Assembly (NCBI GenBank): GCA_025340205.1
Contig: CP006868.1
Span: forward strand, 1,350,001 to 1,382,000
Source of the DNA: Ignicoccus pacificus DSM 13166
GTDB lineage: Archaea > Thermoproteota > Thermoprotei_A > Sulfolobales > Ignicoccaceae
Direction: 5' to 3'
Length of the DNA stretch: 32,000 nt
Part shown: in pieces, positions 1 through 9,387 of the stretch
Layout: the number at the start of each line of letters is the position of its first letter
How positions within the stretch are numbered: position 1 is the first letter of the stretch
Notes under the pieces: generated by a model
Told to the model about the DNA's origin: nothing
The model's database searches: none
The model's input: only the letters and a program-made list of their open reading frames with translations
Made by a program: the position numbers and the translations under genes

Positions 1-347
1 AAGTATAGAAGTTTCGAGTGATCTTTTTCATTTTCATTTCCCTCTACCGTTCCTATATAGTTATTCATGAAAGACACGTTGGCACCGTTAATTAAGGATA
101 GACATGCTAAGCTCGGCAAAATGCTAGCTAAGGCTTTCCCTATAGTTTAATCTGTATTTTCACCACGATATAGTGAGAACGATATGGAAGAGAGAGTGGG
201 TCTGACTGCGCGAAGGGGGAGTGGAAGCTGATCTGCAGGAGGAGAAAGGTAGGAAAGACGTTCATGTTAAAAGCACTTAAACATTGACTTCTTTGTAACG
301 ATAACTGAGGACCCTAGCGCCCTTGAATAATTGAACTGGATAAGGCA

Positions 348-662
348 ATGAACGAGGCTATTGAAAGGCTGAAGAAAGGGGAAGCTGTGGTCGTAGATGA
401 GTTCCAAAGGCTCTCTAGGAAATACTGGCAGCTCCTAGCCTCTCCCCACCCTGAGGGGGCCCTCTACTTGAGTGACTCCTCAATGAAGGTGATCAAGGAA
501 GCATTCGATAGAAGGAGTCCTCTCTTAGGGTTAGCGATGCCCTTAGAGGTACCCATAATTCGCTTCGCAGACGCTCTAGTAAGCTTGCAGGACTTGAAGG
601 ATCTGGAAGCTCTGGAGCGTCGATCTAAGGGATCCTTGGATAGTTCCTCACGTAAACCTTAA
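348..662 (+). pseudogene. Internal fragment of an archaeal P-loop ATPase (ATPase_2 / DUF234-type superfamily), lacking the Walker A region and the C-terminal half
   Basis: Translation AVVVDEFQRLSRKYWQLLASPHPEGALYLSDSSMKVIKEAFDRRSPLLGLAMPLEV resembles the Walker B (VDEFQRL), sensor (LSxSSM) and SPLxGL blocks of archaeal ATPases. No GxxxxGKT is seen upstream and the reading frame ends early. Confidence 0.6.
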
Positions 663-1178
663 CGGGAAGCCGGGGGAGATAGCCAAGAGGGGTCCCTTGC
701 TCCTCCAAGCCTCAGAGGGACTGATAGGAGAAGGAGCTGACAAAGCTCTACTCTTTCATATTGAGGTCTCTGAGCGTCATGTGGAGGGCAAAGGACATAG
801 GAGTGCTTGCGTTCGCTAAGGGCTCGTTAGCTCGATAACTTCTGTGACGAGTGCCTTGGAAACTCTCAGCAAGATGGAATTGGTTGCGAAGGAGAGGTAA
901 AGGGGTTGACTGGATGATAGATGATAAGGAACTATTGAAGGTGGCTCGAGAGGCTGTGAGGAAAACTCTGACAAATGCTGTAACGTAAAACTCAAGCGGA
1001 GATCATGCTAAAGTTAAACTTCTCTTATAAGTTAATAATAATAATGAATTCGGCTAATGATAATGACAAAATATTATATCATGTAGTTGTTTGAATGAAT
1101 ATAATGGATAGTGGGCATCTCAAGAGGTAGAGTCGGCTTATCTTCACTCTATCAACCCCTCCTCCTTCTGAGATAACG

Positions 1179-2255
1179 GTGACCCCTTTGGTGAATTCCT
1201 TGAGAGGAGTCGCTTGCTACGATCAAGTGGGCTCAAAGGTTCCTTGCGCGTCCTTCGAGGCCTCGCTCGAGGAAGGGATAAACGTAATCCATTCCCCCAA
1301 CGGCTCTGGAAAGAGCACCTTCCTCACCTTGCTTCATCCCTTAGCTTACGCTTGGAGCGCTTTGGGAAGCTATGCAGAGCCCTTGCTAAGGCTCAGCTTC
1401 GTGAGCTACCTTTCCCTAAAATGGCCGCTACCGGCGGTAGGCTACGTGGAACTGGACGAGGGAAGGCTCCTCTGGTATAGGAAAGAATCCCTTGCCGAGT
1501 CCCTTTCCTCCACCTTCGGCTTTGAGGACTTGCTCGAACAAGCGAAGGGTTGTCAAGGAGCGCTGGAGCTGGAGGGAGGGGACTACAGCTTCAGCGGCCT
1601 CCCCAACACGGAGTTCCGATTCGCTTACTTGGGAATGGGAAGGGCTTGCGGAACGGCCTCCCACGAGAAGTTGGTCCTATCCTCCGACATAACGCTCACA
1701 GAGAAGTACTCCGCTTACCACTCACCTCATCTAGCCCTCGTCCTAAACCTCCTCAAGGCCACCTTCATAGAGCTCGTGAGGTACAAGGCATATACAGATG
1801 AAGCGTTAGAGGAATTGAAGGTCGTGATACCTAACTTGGTAGACGTGAGGTTAAGCGAGGGGATCTACAAGGTTGCCTTCGTGGTAAAGGAAGGAGGAGA
1901 GGAGGTGGAGCTGGAGCCTTGGAGCCTTGGAGACGGCCAAAGGTCCTTGCTCGCCCTAAAAGCCTTGAGGAGCATGTTCGGCGATAAGAGAGGCCTATTC
2001 GTATCCGATACCCCAGAGACGTTCCTCTATTCCGGAGAGGACGGAGATCAGTTGAAGGAAGCGGTAAAGACCATCGCTTCGTTCAGCGATTCGCATCAAG
2101 TGGTAGTTGCTACCTCGAAGCCCGAGGTCAGGGGAATGCTGGTAAACGAGTATCAAGCTGTTCCCTATAAGATAATCAAGGAGGGAAGTGAAGTCAGGGA
2201 AAGGGAGGGTGTTAAGATAGTAATATCAAAGAACAAACTAGTTACTATTCAGTAG
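1179..2255 (+). CDS. ABC/SMC-like (AAA15/RecF-like) ATPase without long coiled-coil arms
   Basis: Walker A SPNGSGKST, ABC-signature-like LGDGQRSLLALKAL, Walker B-like GLFVSDTPE and H-loop-like HQVVVATSKPE. Start codon uncertain (GTG 1179 or GTG 1191). Confidence 0.75.
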   Translation: MTPLVNSLRGVACYDQVGSKVPCASFEASLEEGINVIHSPNGSGKSTFLTLLHPLAYAWSALGSYAEPLLRLSFVSYLSLKWPLPAVGYVELDEGRLLWYRKESLAESLSSTFGFEDLLEQAKGCQGALELEGGDYSFSGLPNTEFRFAYLGMGRACGTASHEKLVLSSDITLTEKYSAYHSPHLALVLNLLKATFIELVRYKAYTDEALEELKVVIPNLVDVRLSEGIYKVAFVVKEGGEEVELEPWSLGDGQRSLLALKALRSMFGDKRGLFVSDTPETFLYSGEDGDQLKEAVKTIASFSDSHQVVVATSKPEVRGMLVNEYQAVPYKIIKEGSEVREREGVKIVISKNKLVTIQ

Positions 2256-2324
2256 AAGAGGGGGTAATAATACTTTTGTAGTTTAAAAGTTTTACTCCGT
2301 CTACTAACTAAGCGGTGGAGACGC

Positions 2325-2600
2325 GTGGACAAGCTAGTAGAGTACACGATAAGGTTAGCAACCGGTATGAGGCTAAGGGAGGAGCTCCTCTCCATAGCCG
2401 AGGACACCGCTAAGAGGAAGGCAGCTGAAAGGGTGGCGAAGCTTCTAGTTACTGAGAAGAGGGGTCTTAAGTACTGTTCCGTGTGCGCGAAGGGTCCGTT
2501 TACCAAGAGGGGACTGTACTTGCACTTCATGAGGGTTCACAAGGAGGACGTTAGATTACTGCTGGAAAAAGAGCTGGAGCAAGTGGTCGTCACCCACTAG
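2325..2600 (+). CDS. Small C2H2-type zinc-finger protein
   Basis: 91-aa ORF with a GTG start; YCSVCAKGPFTKRGLYLHFMRVH fits C-x2-C-x12-H-x4-H. Confidence 0.65.
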   Translation: MDKLVEYTIRLATGMRLREELLSIAEDTAKRKAAERVAKLLVTEKRGLKYCSVCAKGPFTKRGLYLHFMRVHKEDVRLLLEKELEQVVVTH

Positions 2601-2880
2601 ACCCCACGTTTATGACTATGACCTTGCCCTCCTGTCCTTTCTCGGTTCCTTGAGGGATCACCACTTTTGTGGTGGCCTGCTGGGCGCTGAGCATTGTCTC
2701 GCACGTGCTCACCTTGGGGAAGACGTAGAGCCAAGCTAATGGGAAGAAGATCAGCATTAGGATAAAGGCCACTACCGCCGCCTCTCCCTTGTTCGGCACG
2801 CACTTGTCCGGCAGAGCGAAGATGGCCAGAGGGGGAAGCAAGAAGGCCAGTATCCACGCTACCAGTAACACCGCTCTCAC
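2590..2880 (-). CDS. Small membrane protein with two predicted hydrophobic segments
   Basis: Hydrophobic AVLLVAWILAFLLPPLAIFAL and AAVVAFILMLIFFPLAWLYVF; convergent to the zinc-finger gene with 11-nt overlap. Confidence 0.55.
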   Translation of the reverse strand: MRAVLLVAWILAFLLPPLAIFALPDKCVPNKGEAAVVAFILMLIFFPLAWLYVFPKVSTCETMLSAQQATTKVVIPQGTEKGQEGKVIVINVGSSG

Positions 2881-2965
2881 CGAGGAGGGGCGAGGAACCT
2901 TACTTTTCTCTCCTCCCTTTACATGCTATGGAAAGCGATGAGGGGAGTGCGCCCCGTCTGAGGAG

Positions 2966-3469
2966 ATGATGAGTTGTTCGCATCCCGAGCACTTCATTAC
3001 TTCCCCTCGGACGAAGGTTCGGGGTAAAGAGATGTTAGCGGGGAAGATCTTGGCATGTAAAGCCTCCCCCGAGGAGGTGAAGGAGCTCTTCGCCAAGTAC
3101 TTGGGATTCGTGGATTACTTGGAGGGAGGGGGCGTTAAGGCGATTCAAGCCTTGGACGAGAACCAGCTAGCTGAGGTTAGGTGTACTGAGAAGGTCACTG
3201 AGATTTACCTAACCACGAGCGTTCCAGAAGGCTTATGGGAGGAGCTCTTCGGGGAGGGAGGAAAGGAGCTGAAGAGGTGCTTGGGCGAGAGGGGATACGT
3301 GAACGTCGCTAGAAGTCACGTCTCCCCCAAGCTCTTCGTAACAGCAGAGGGAACCAAGGGGAGGTTCGAGGCCTTAGTCACCCCAGAAGGAGTCAAGGCG
3401 AAGGGGACTTGTCCCTTCAAGGGAGTGACTCGGATAGCGATAGATGCTGGAATAAACGTCAAGGTCTAA
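2966..3469 (+). CDS. Hypothetical protein (167 aa or shorter)
   Basis: Open frame with coding-like composition. The start may be ATG 3032 (MLAGKILACKAS...). No recognised domain. Confidence 0.55.
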   Translation: MMSCSHPEHFITSPRTKVRGKEMLAGKILACKASPEEVKELFAKYLGFVDYLEGGGVKAIQALDENQLAEVRCTEKVTEIYLTTSVPEGLWEELFGEGGKELKRCLGERGYVNVARSHVSPKLFVTAEGTKGRFEALVTPEGVKAKGTCPFKGVTRIAIDAGINVKV

Positions 3470-4977
3470 TGTTTGAGAGCCTTCAGCAAGGGCTCTTCGA
3501 TCTTCTCCAACATAGGTATGTAGTAGCCTATCCTCTCCCCGTCCAAGGTTATTACGGTGGCGTTCATCTCCATTCCAGCATGAGCGATGAAGTTTCTGGC
3601 ATCGGCCTCTTCTGCCTCCTTAGCGTAGTGGTAGGCCCACCAGAGGACGCTGTCTTGAAGCTCCTTCTTAGCGTGCTTCAGCAATGAGTAGGGGATTGCC
3701 TTTTGCGTTAACTTCAGGAGCTCCTCGAGGCCTTCCCTCACTTTCTCCGCTTCCACCTTGTTCAGCTTCCTCCTCAAATCCTCTTCGATGCTCTCGCACC
3801 CGGAAGGATATCCCTTCGCTATCTCCGCTATCCTCTCCCTCAGGTTGTCCAAGTTTATCTTCTTCAACTCCTTTAAAGACTCTGTAAGCTTGCTATTCTC
3901 CTCATTCCACAACTTCTCATCTACTCCGCGCAAGTAACCCTCCAGCTCCTCCAAGCTTTCTCTATTAACCAAATACAAATTCCCTTCTATTTCTCCCCTT
4001 TCCTTAACGATATCTAAGAACGTTCTCATGGCAATTAAATTGATTATTCCCTTTTCATCAAATACCACGTCTTGCCTTACCCTCTCTCCCTCTACCTCAT
4101 AATGCTCTAGCGCGTTGCTCGCAACCATCAGAAGGTCCCCCACCGCTTCTTCGAATTTCTCCTTGTTTCTGATTACTTTATCCATAACATATGCCCAGTA
4201 GAGGGGACTCGGTACCTCTAGCTTTACCATCTCGTTCGCCAGTTCGCTCAAGGTGCCCCTGTTCTGCAAGTAGGCCTCACACTTACCCTTGTCTATATTA
4301 TTCAAATCCTTCACGAACTCGCTAAGTTCTTGAAGGTTCGGTTCTATTTCCTTCACTTGGAACACGTGGTACCTCAGCTCGACATCTCGCAGCTCCTCCC
4401 CGCTCCCCACTATGGGGTCGCTCGCTCCAATAGCATACTTTATCTTCTTCCTCATGTCTATCGAAATTAGCTTTAAGATGTAGTTATCCAGCGCTTCTCT
4501 TATAGTAACTGGATAGTAGTTGACTCCGTGAGTTATGTCGAGGAGTATCGTTTCTTCGTTCGCCTCTCTCAGCTTTTCGTAGAGCTTCAGTATTATTCCA
4601 GAATACACGTTGCTGAAGGGTACGTCGAATTCCTTTAACACCTCGTTGCTCTTATACACGCCCGTGCTCGGAACGACTACCTTGTCCGCCTCCTCGAATA
4701 TCTTCAAGAATTCCTCATCCTTACTCTTCACTATTTCCCTCATCTTATCCAGAGCGAGGTCGTTTACGTTTCCCTTCCCGTCCGCTATGGAGGCGGGAAC
4801 CACTACCAGCTTCCTCCAGCTTTCGAAGAGGGAAAGGGGCGTGTAGGAATAAGCTTCCACCTTTAAGTTCTCCAATATTTCCTTAACCTTCTTAGGATCC
4901 TTCTCACTTACCTCATCCCTCACGTACTTTACCTTTTTCCAGAACCTAGGGTTGCCCCAAGGGGATATTACCAGCAT
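3466..4977 (-). CDS. csx1: CRISPR-associated CARF-HEPN protein, Csx1 / DxTHG family
   Basis: The listed ORF (3466..5154) most likely starts at ATG 4977: MLVISPWGNPRFWKKVKYV (CARF beta1 region), then LLDITHGVNYYPVTIREAL (DxTHG motif), then ARNFIAHAGME (HEPN R-x4-H active site) near the C-terminus. Confidence 0.88.
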   Translation of the reverse strand: MLVISPWGNPRFWKKVKYVRDEVSEKDPKKVKEILENLKVEAYSYTPLSLFESWRKLVVVPASIADGKGNVNDLALDKMREIVKSKDEEFLKIFEEADKVVVPSTGVYKSNEVLKEFDVPFSNVYSGIILKLYEKLREANEETILLDITHGVNYYPVTIREALDNYILKLISIDMRKKIKYAIGASDPIVGSGEELRDVELRYHVFQVKEIEPNLQELSEFVKDLNNIDKGKCEAYLQNRGTLSELANEMVKLEVPSPLYWAYVMDKVIRNKEKFEEAVGDLLMVASNALEHYEVEGERVRQDVVFDEKGIINLIAMRTFLDIVKERGEIEGNLYLVNRESLEELEGYLRGVDEKLWNEENSKLTESLKELKKINLDNLRERIAEIAKGYPSGCESIEEDLRRKLNKVEAEKVREGLEELLKLTQKAIPYSLLKHAKKELQDSVLWWAYHYAKEAEEADARNFIAHAGMEMNATVITLDGERIGYYIPMLEKIEEPLLKALKH

Positions 4978-5051
4978 CCCGGGATCTCTCCAAATAGCTA
5001 GGGGAGCTCCCAGACTAAATCTATGAGAGTAAGTGTAGAGGCGGTGAGCGG

Positions 5052-5633
5052 ATGCATTATTACAAAAAGGGAAAGGGAGGAAGGCCGAGGGACATATACG
5101 TAACGATAAGGGGCGTCGACCTAGTCCTCCAAGTGCCTCCGGGATTGTTCTCAAGTAAGGGATTAGATAAGGGTACGGAGCTCCTCTTGGAGTTCATGGA
5201 GGTTCCTGAGGAGGGTAAGGTTTTAGACGTGGGGTGCGGCTACGGAGTCGTAGGACTCTTCATGAAGAAATACAACCCAAAGCTAGAGGTTTACATGGTT
5301 GATGTAAATCCTCAAGCGGTTAAGATAAGCAAGCTGAACGCCCAAAGGAACTCCTTGGAGGTCAACGTGATCCAAGGAGATACCTACGAACCCTTGGATC
5401 GATTGGGGGTAAAGGACTTCACCACCATAGTCAGCAACCCTCCCCTAGCGGCTGGAAAGGAGACCGTGGAGAGGATCATTCGAGGCGCTCCGGAGAGGCT
5501 CAGGAAAGGGGGCTCCCTCCAAGTGGTTCTGGCTAAGGGAGGGGAATGGGGGGAAGCTCTCTTCAAAGAATTGTTCAAGGACGTTGAGAGGAAGAGGAAG
5601 AAGGGTTACACTCTGCTTAGAGGATGGATCTAG
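5052..5633 (+). CDS. Class I SAM-dependent methyltransferase of the RsmC / MTS small-domain type
   Basis: Motif I VLDVGCGYGVVGL, motif post-I VYMVDVNPQAV, catalytic NPPL (VSNPPLAAG). Confidence 0.85.
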   Translation: MHYYKKGKGGRPRDIYVTIRGVDLVLQVPPGLFSSKGLDKGTELLLEFMEVPEEGKVLDVGCGYGVVGLFMKKYNPKLEVYMVDVNPQAVKISKLNAQRNSLEVNVIQGDTYEPLDRLGVKDFTTIVSNPPLAAGKETVERIIRGAPERLRKGGSLQVVLAKGGEWGEALFKELFKDVERKRKKGYTLLRGWI

Positions 5634-5672
5634 CATACCGAATTACTCATAATCCATTTCTCACAACTAGTT

Positions 5673-6995
5673 GTGAGAAATATGTTAAGAGTTCCGTTCA
5701 TTGATAGGAAAAGGGAATTGAAAGCACTGGAAGGACTCAAGGGTCTGGGAATAGTTTACGGGAGGAGGAGGGTTGGGAAGACTAGGCTATTGCTAGAGTG
5801 GCTCAGGGGGAAGAAGGGAGTCTTCTGGGAGGCCTTCGTGGGCTCTTGGGAGGAGCTTTCCAAGTCCTTCGCCAAGACCGTCAAGAGGGAGTTAGAGATA
5901 AGCGTAGCCCACGACTTGCTAGAAGCCTTGGAGGAGCTCGAGGAGGTGGGAGTTCCAATAGTCATAGATGAGTTTCAGTACGTAGTCCAAGCCGATCCCT
6001 CTGTCACCAGCAAGCTCAAGCTGCTGATAGATAGAGGGATGGAGTACCCTTTAGTTTTGAGCGGCTCCGCTGTCTCCTTCATCGAAAGGGAGCTCCTAGG
6101 TCATTCAAGCCCCCTCTTCGGGAGAAGGTCTCTTCAGCTCAAGATTAAGCCATTACCCTTCTACTACGCGAAGGAATTTTGGGACATGGACTGGGAGGAA
6201 AGCCTCAAGGCGTACGCGATGATAGGCGGGACTCCCGCCTACCTAGCTCAGACTTACTCCTCGAGGTCATTGAAAGATCTAATTTCCAAGGCCTTCTCCT
6301 ACGGTTCCCCTCTACTAGAAGAAGGAGACTTGATATTTCACGAGGAGAGCTTCAGGAGGCCGGAGGTCTACAAGAGGATATTGAGGGCGCTAGCCACCGG
6401 CTACAAGAGCCCTAGCAAGCTAGCGAGCAAGTGCTCCTTGGACGCTAGATCCATCTATTACTACTTAGAGATGTTAGAGGAGCTTGACATAATTAGGTAC
6501 GTATTGCCCTTGGGAAGAAGAAAGGGAGGCATCGTTGAATTCGTAGATGAGTACTTCCGCTTCTACTACTCGACGTTAGTTGAGTTGAAGGGAGCGATAG
6601 AGGCTGGGATAAACGTAATTGATGATATTGAGAAAAGGGTGGAAGAGCTGATCTCGGAGACCTTCGAGAGGGTTACCGAACAGTCCCTTCCCTTGCTATA
6701 TCAGTTGGGACTGATCAAGACCAAGCCTCTCAAAGTGGGAAAGTGGTGGCATAAGGGAGAGGAGATAGACCTGGTCGTCCAGGATGACGTCTCGACGACC
6801 TTCATAGAGGTGAAGTGGTCGGAGCTGGATGAAGAGGATGAGAGGAGAATTCTGGAGGAGCTAAAGGAGAAGGCGAGGAAGAGCGGACTAATGAAGGACA
6901 GCAATTACTTCGTGATAGTATGCAAAAGGTGCAAGGGAGGTATAGAGCTTCTAAACGCTTTGAAGGTTGCAAAGGATAAGGGACTGGAGCTCTAG
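5673..6995 (+). CDS. Archaeal ATPase (ATPase_2 domain) with C-terminal DUF234-type PD-(D/E)XK-like domain
   Basis: Walker A YGRRRVGKTRLL, Walker B VPIVIDEFQYV, wHTH-like middle, C-terminal EEIDLVVQDDVSTTFIEVKW nuclease-like motif. Start may be ATG 5682. Confidence 0.85.
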   Translation: MRNMLRVPFIDRKRELKALEGLKGLGIVYGRRRVGKTRLLLEWLRGKKGVFWEAFVGSWEELSKSFAKTVKRELEISVAHDLLEALEELEEVGVPIVIDEFQYVVQADPSVTSKLKLLIDRGMEYPLVLSGSAVSFIERELLGHSSPLFGRRSLQLKIKPLPFYYAKEFWDMDWEESLKAYAMIGGTPAYLAQTYSSRSLKDLISKAFSYGSPLLEEGDLIFHEESFRRPEVYKRILRALATGYKSPSKLASKCSLDARSIYYYLEMLEELDIIRYVLPLGRRKGGIVEFVDEYFRFYYSTLVELKGAIEAGINVIDDIEKRVEELISETFERVTEQSLPLLYQLGLIKTKPLKVGKWWHKGEEIDLVVQDDVSTTFIEVKWSELDEEDERRILEELKEKARKSGLMKDSNYFVIVCKRCKGGIELLNALKVAKDKGLEL

Positions 6996-8659
6996 AAAGT
7001 TCCTCTCATGTTCTTCAGCAACTTGTCCACGGAGACCTCCGCTATTACCACTGGCTTTCCTATCTCGAGCTTTACCAATATCTCCGGCCTGACTTCCCCA
7101 GCTACTCCCACTTCCTCCCCGTTCAACTTGACCTTAGCCGTTCTCTCTTTAATGAAGACGGGGCTTTCGCCCTCCTCATACTTGAACTTCATGCCCAGCT
7201 CTCTGGCCAAACCGTTAAGGGCTGCGAGGGCGTCGGTCAGCGTGTAATCTCCCATTAGAAGGAGTCCCAGCCTCCTCTCCCTCTCCGAGTACTCCTCATT
7301 GATTACCACGTCTCCTATTTCAAACGCCTCGACGTTTCCGCTAACCTTCTTGTTCACCTTAGCTGTTAGAAGTAAGGACGGAATCAAGGAAGTCCTTACT
7401 GCAGAATAGCTCTGCATTCTGGGATTCTTTATCTTAACGTAGTTCTTAAAGCCGAGCTCATCGAGGAGCTCCGAGTCTATTAACGTGAAGTTGAACACTT
7501 CAGTAAACCCCATGGATACCATTATTCTTGCCAAGAAGTCGGTGAACTTGGTAATTGGCAATAAGGAGCCGGAGGAGGACGGAGGAGGTACCGTGGTCTC
7601 AACGTTTTGATAGCCGTAGGCTGCCAGTACGTCCTCGATCACGTCAACTGGTTCGTGAACGTCAACCCTGAAGGGAGGTGCCTTGACCATTAGTTCACCT
7701 TCCTTAACCTCTGCCTTTAGCAACATCCTCTTGAGCAACCTCGAAGCTTCTTGGAGGGTTATGGGTACAGAGGTCATCCTCTTTATATCATCTTCCTTCA
7801 CTGTTACCTCCGTTTCCGTTAACTGTGGGGTGCTCCAGAGGACCTCTCCGTTCCTCACCACCTTTACCTTCTCTATTATAGGATTCTCTGACCTCTCGGC
7901 TATGGAAGTGACCATGACATCCAATACCCTAGACATGAGGTAGGGTTCCGTTCCAGTTACGTCTACCAATACGTCCGTGGTATCCTCCGTCACCTTGTTG
8001 TACTCAGCATTAAGTACGGGGGCGAATGAAAGGAAGTTCTCTTCGTCTTGAAGTACAGGATATTCGCCTTTCCTAACTAAGTGACCATATGCCTTTCCTT
8101 TTTCCGTCTTCTCCAATATCTCATCGAAAGTCATCTCTTCGGAATAGCCTAGGGGTACCATCTTGCCCTCCTTTACCGCCCTGTACCTTATCACCTTTCC
8201 CTTTATGTGCTTCAAATCATAAAGTCCTATGGACACGAGCCTTCTATGCACTCCGTAACTTATGGCCAGCTTTTCTTGGAGCTGGAAGAGCTGCCTTATC
8301 GCCTCGTCGTCGAGCCTCAAGTTCCTCACTATAGCTAACATGGCGTAAGGCCTGTAGCTGGGAGCCTCGCTTATGTCGAGCACCCAGTCGCTTTCCCTCA
8401 CCTCGTACTTCGGGAAGTCCCTAGTGCCGAGCCACGCTCCTAGGGCCCTTCCTAGGCCCTCGGCGGAGAACAGGTCAGCCCTATCGTGGGAGGCCTCATA
8501 GGTCAAGTCTTCTCCTTCCCATCCCTCAACCTCTATCTTCAAGTTTGGCAAGATCTCCTCGAGCTTTTCCTTGTCAAGCTCGGCCTTCGCTATCCTCTCT
8601 AGGTCCCTCAAGTTAACGGTGATCACTGGCACTCTAGGCCCACCAGAACCCCTCTTCAA
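6992..8659 (-). CDS. pheT: Phenylalanyl-tRNA synthetase beta subunit (archaeal type)
   Basis: B5-domain and core-like sequences (PPFRVDVHEPVDVIEDVLAAYGYQNV, MGFTEVFNFTLI, VRTSLIPSLL). Length 555 aa. Confidence 0.95.
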   Translation of the reverse strand: MKRGSGGPRVPVITVNLRDLERIAKAELDKEKLEEILPNLKIEVEGWEGEDLTYEASHDRADLFSAEGLGRALGAWLGTRDFPKYEVRESDWVLDISEAPSYRPYAMLAIVRNLRLDDEAIRQLFQLQEKLAISYGVHRRLVSIGLYDLKHIKGKVIRYRAVKEGKMVPLGYSEEMTFDEILEKTEKGKAYGHLVRKGEYPVLQDEENFLSFAPVLNAEYNKVTEDTTDVLVDVTGTEPYLMSRVLDVMVTSIAERSENPIIEKVKVVRNGEVLWSTPQLTETEVTVKEDDIKRMTSVPITLQEASRLLKRMLLKAEVKEGELMVKAPPFRVDVHEPVDVIEDVLAAYGYQNVETTVPPPSSSGSLLPITKFTDFLARIMVSMGFTEVFNFTLIDSELLDELGFKNYVKIKNPRMQSYSAVRTSLIPSLLLTAKVNKKVSGNVEAFEIGDVVINEEYSERERRLGLLLMGDYTLTDALAALNGLARELGMKFKYEEGESPVFIKERTAKVKLNGEEVGVAGEVRPEILVKLEIGKPVVIAEVSVDKLLKNMRGTF

Positions 8660-8702
8660 GGGATCGTTAAATGCGGTTCTAGGTACTTCCTCGATTAAGA
8701 CC

Positions 8703-9323
8703 TCACTTGTTCACGCCCTCTACCCCGCAAGAGTACTCGATGAGCACGGCGCTATCTGCGTGGACCATTTTGCCGTTTATTGCCTCCTCTATCTTTCTGA
8801 AGTCGTTTAGCGGCACGTACAATATGTTTATGTTTTCTGTTATCATGTAAGCTTTGTTTACCTTTGCTGTCACGTACACCAACGCCGGGATCTTTGAACA
8901 GCTATCCACGAGGTTTATCGATGGATACAAGAGCTCTATGTAGAGGTAGGGACCTCTGTCCTCACACTCCGTGCTTAGAGCTATCTTGCCAGAACATATG
9001 CTCTCCAAGGCCTCGTAGCTCACAAATCCTTGGATGAGCGCTCCTAAGGGTACTGGGAACTCCTTGGTCTCGTTACCTATCCTCTCGACTATTAAAACGT
9101 ACTTCCCCAACCTTCCCTCGTATTGAAGGTTCACCTCTCGCCTCGTCTTCAGCAAGCTCCCGGCAGCTACGAGCACGTCCTTCAATACCATAGCCGTGGT
9201 GTCGCCGGGTATCGGAACGTTGAATATGCCCTTAGGGGAGTAGTAGACGTATACCCCTAGGAGGCTGTAGCTGGTCACGTTGCAAACTATGCTATAACCC
9301 AAGATCATCCACGGTGCCAGCAA
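8703..9323 (-). CDS. Hypothetical protein with N-terminal hydrophobic segment
   Basis: 206-aa ORF in tandem with pheT; N-terminus MLAPWMILGYSIVCNVTSYSLLGVYV. No recognised domain. Confidence 0.55.
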   Translation of the reverse strand: MLAPWMILGYSIVCNVTSYSLLGVYVYYSPKGIFNVPIPGDTTAMVLKDVLVAAGSLLKTRREVNLQYEGRLGKYVLIVERIGNETKEFPVPLGALIQGFVSYEALESICSGKIALSTECEDRGPYLYIELLYPSINLVDSCSKIPALVYVTAKVNKAYMITENINILYVPLNDFRKIEEAINGKMVHADSAVLIEYSCGVEGVNK

Positions 9324-9387
9324 GCAGTATCCCTATCTTAAATATTGAGAAAGATGCATAAAAGTCTTTCTAATATAAGAGTAAAGG

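Noticed and set aside
4978-5154. N-terminal extension of the Csx1 ORF
   Set aside because: It overlaps the start of the divergent methyltransferase gene, and the CARF-like sequence begins at MLVISPWGNP (ATG 4977).
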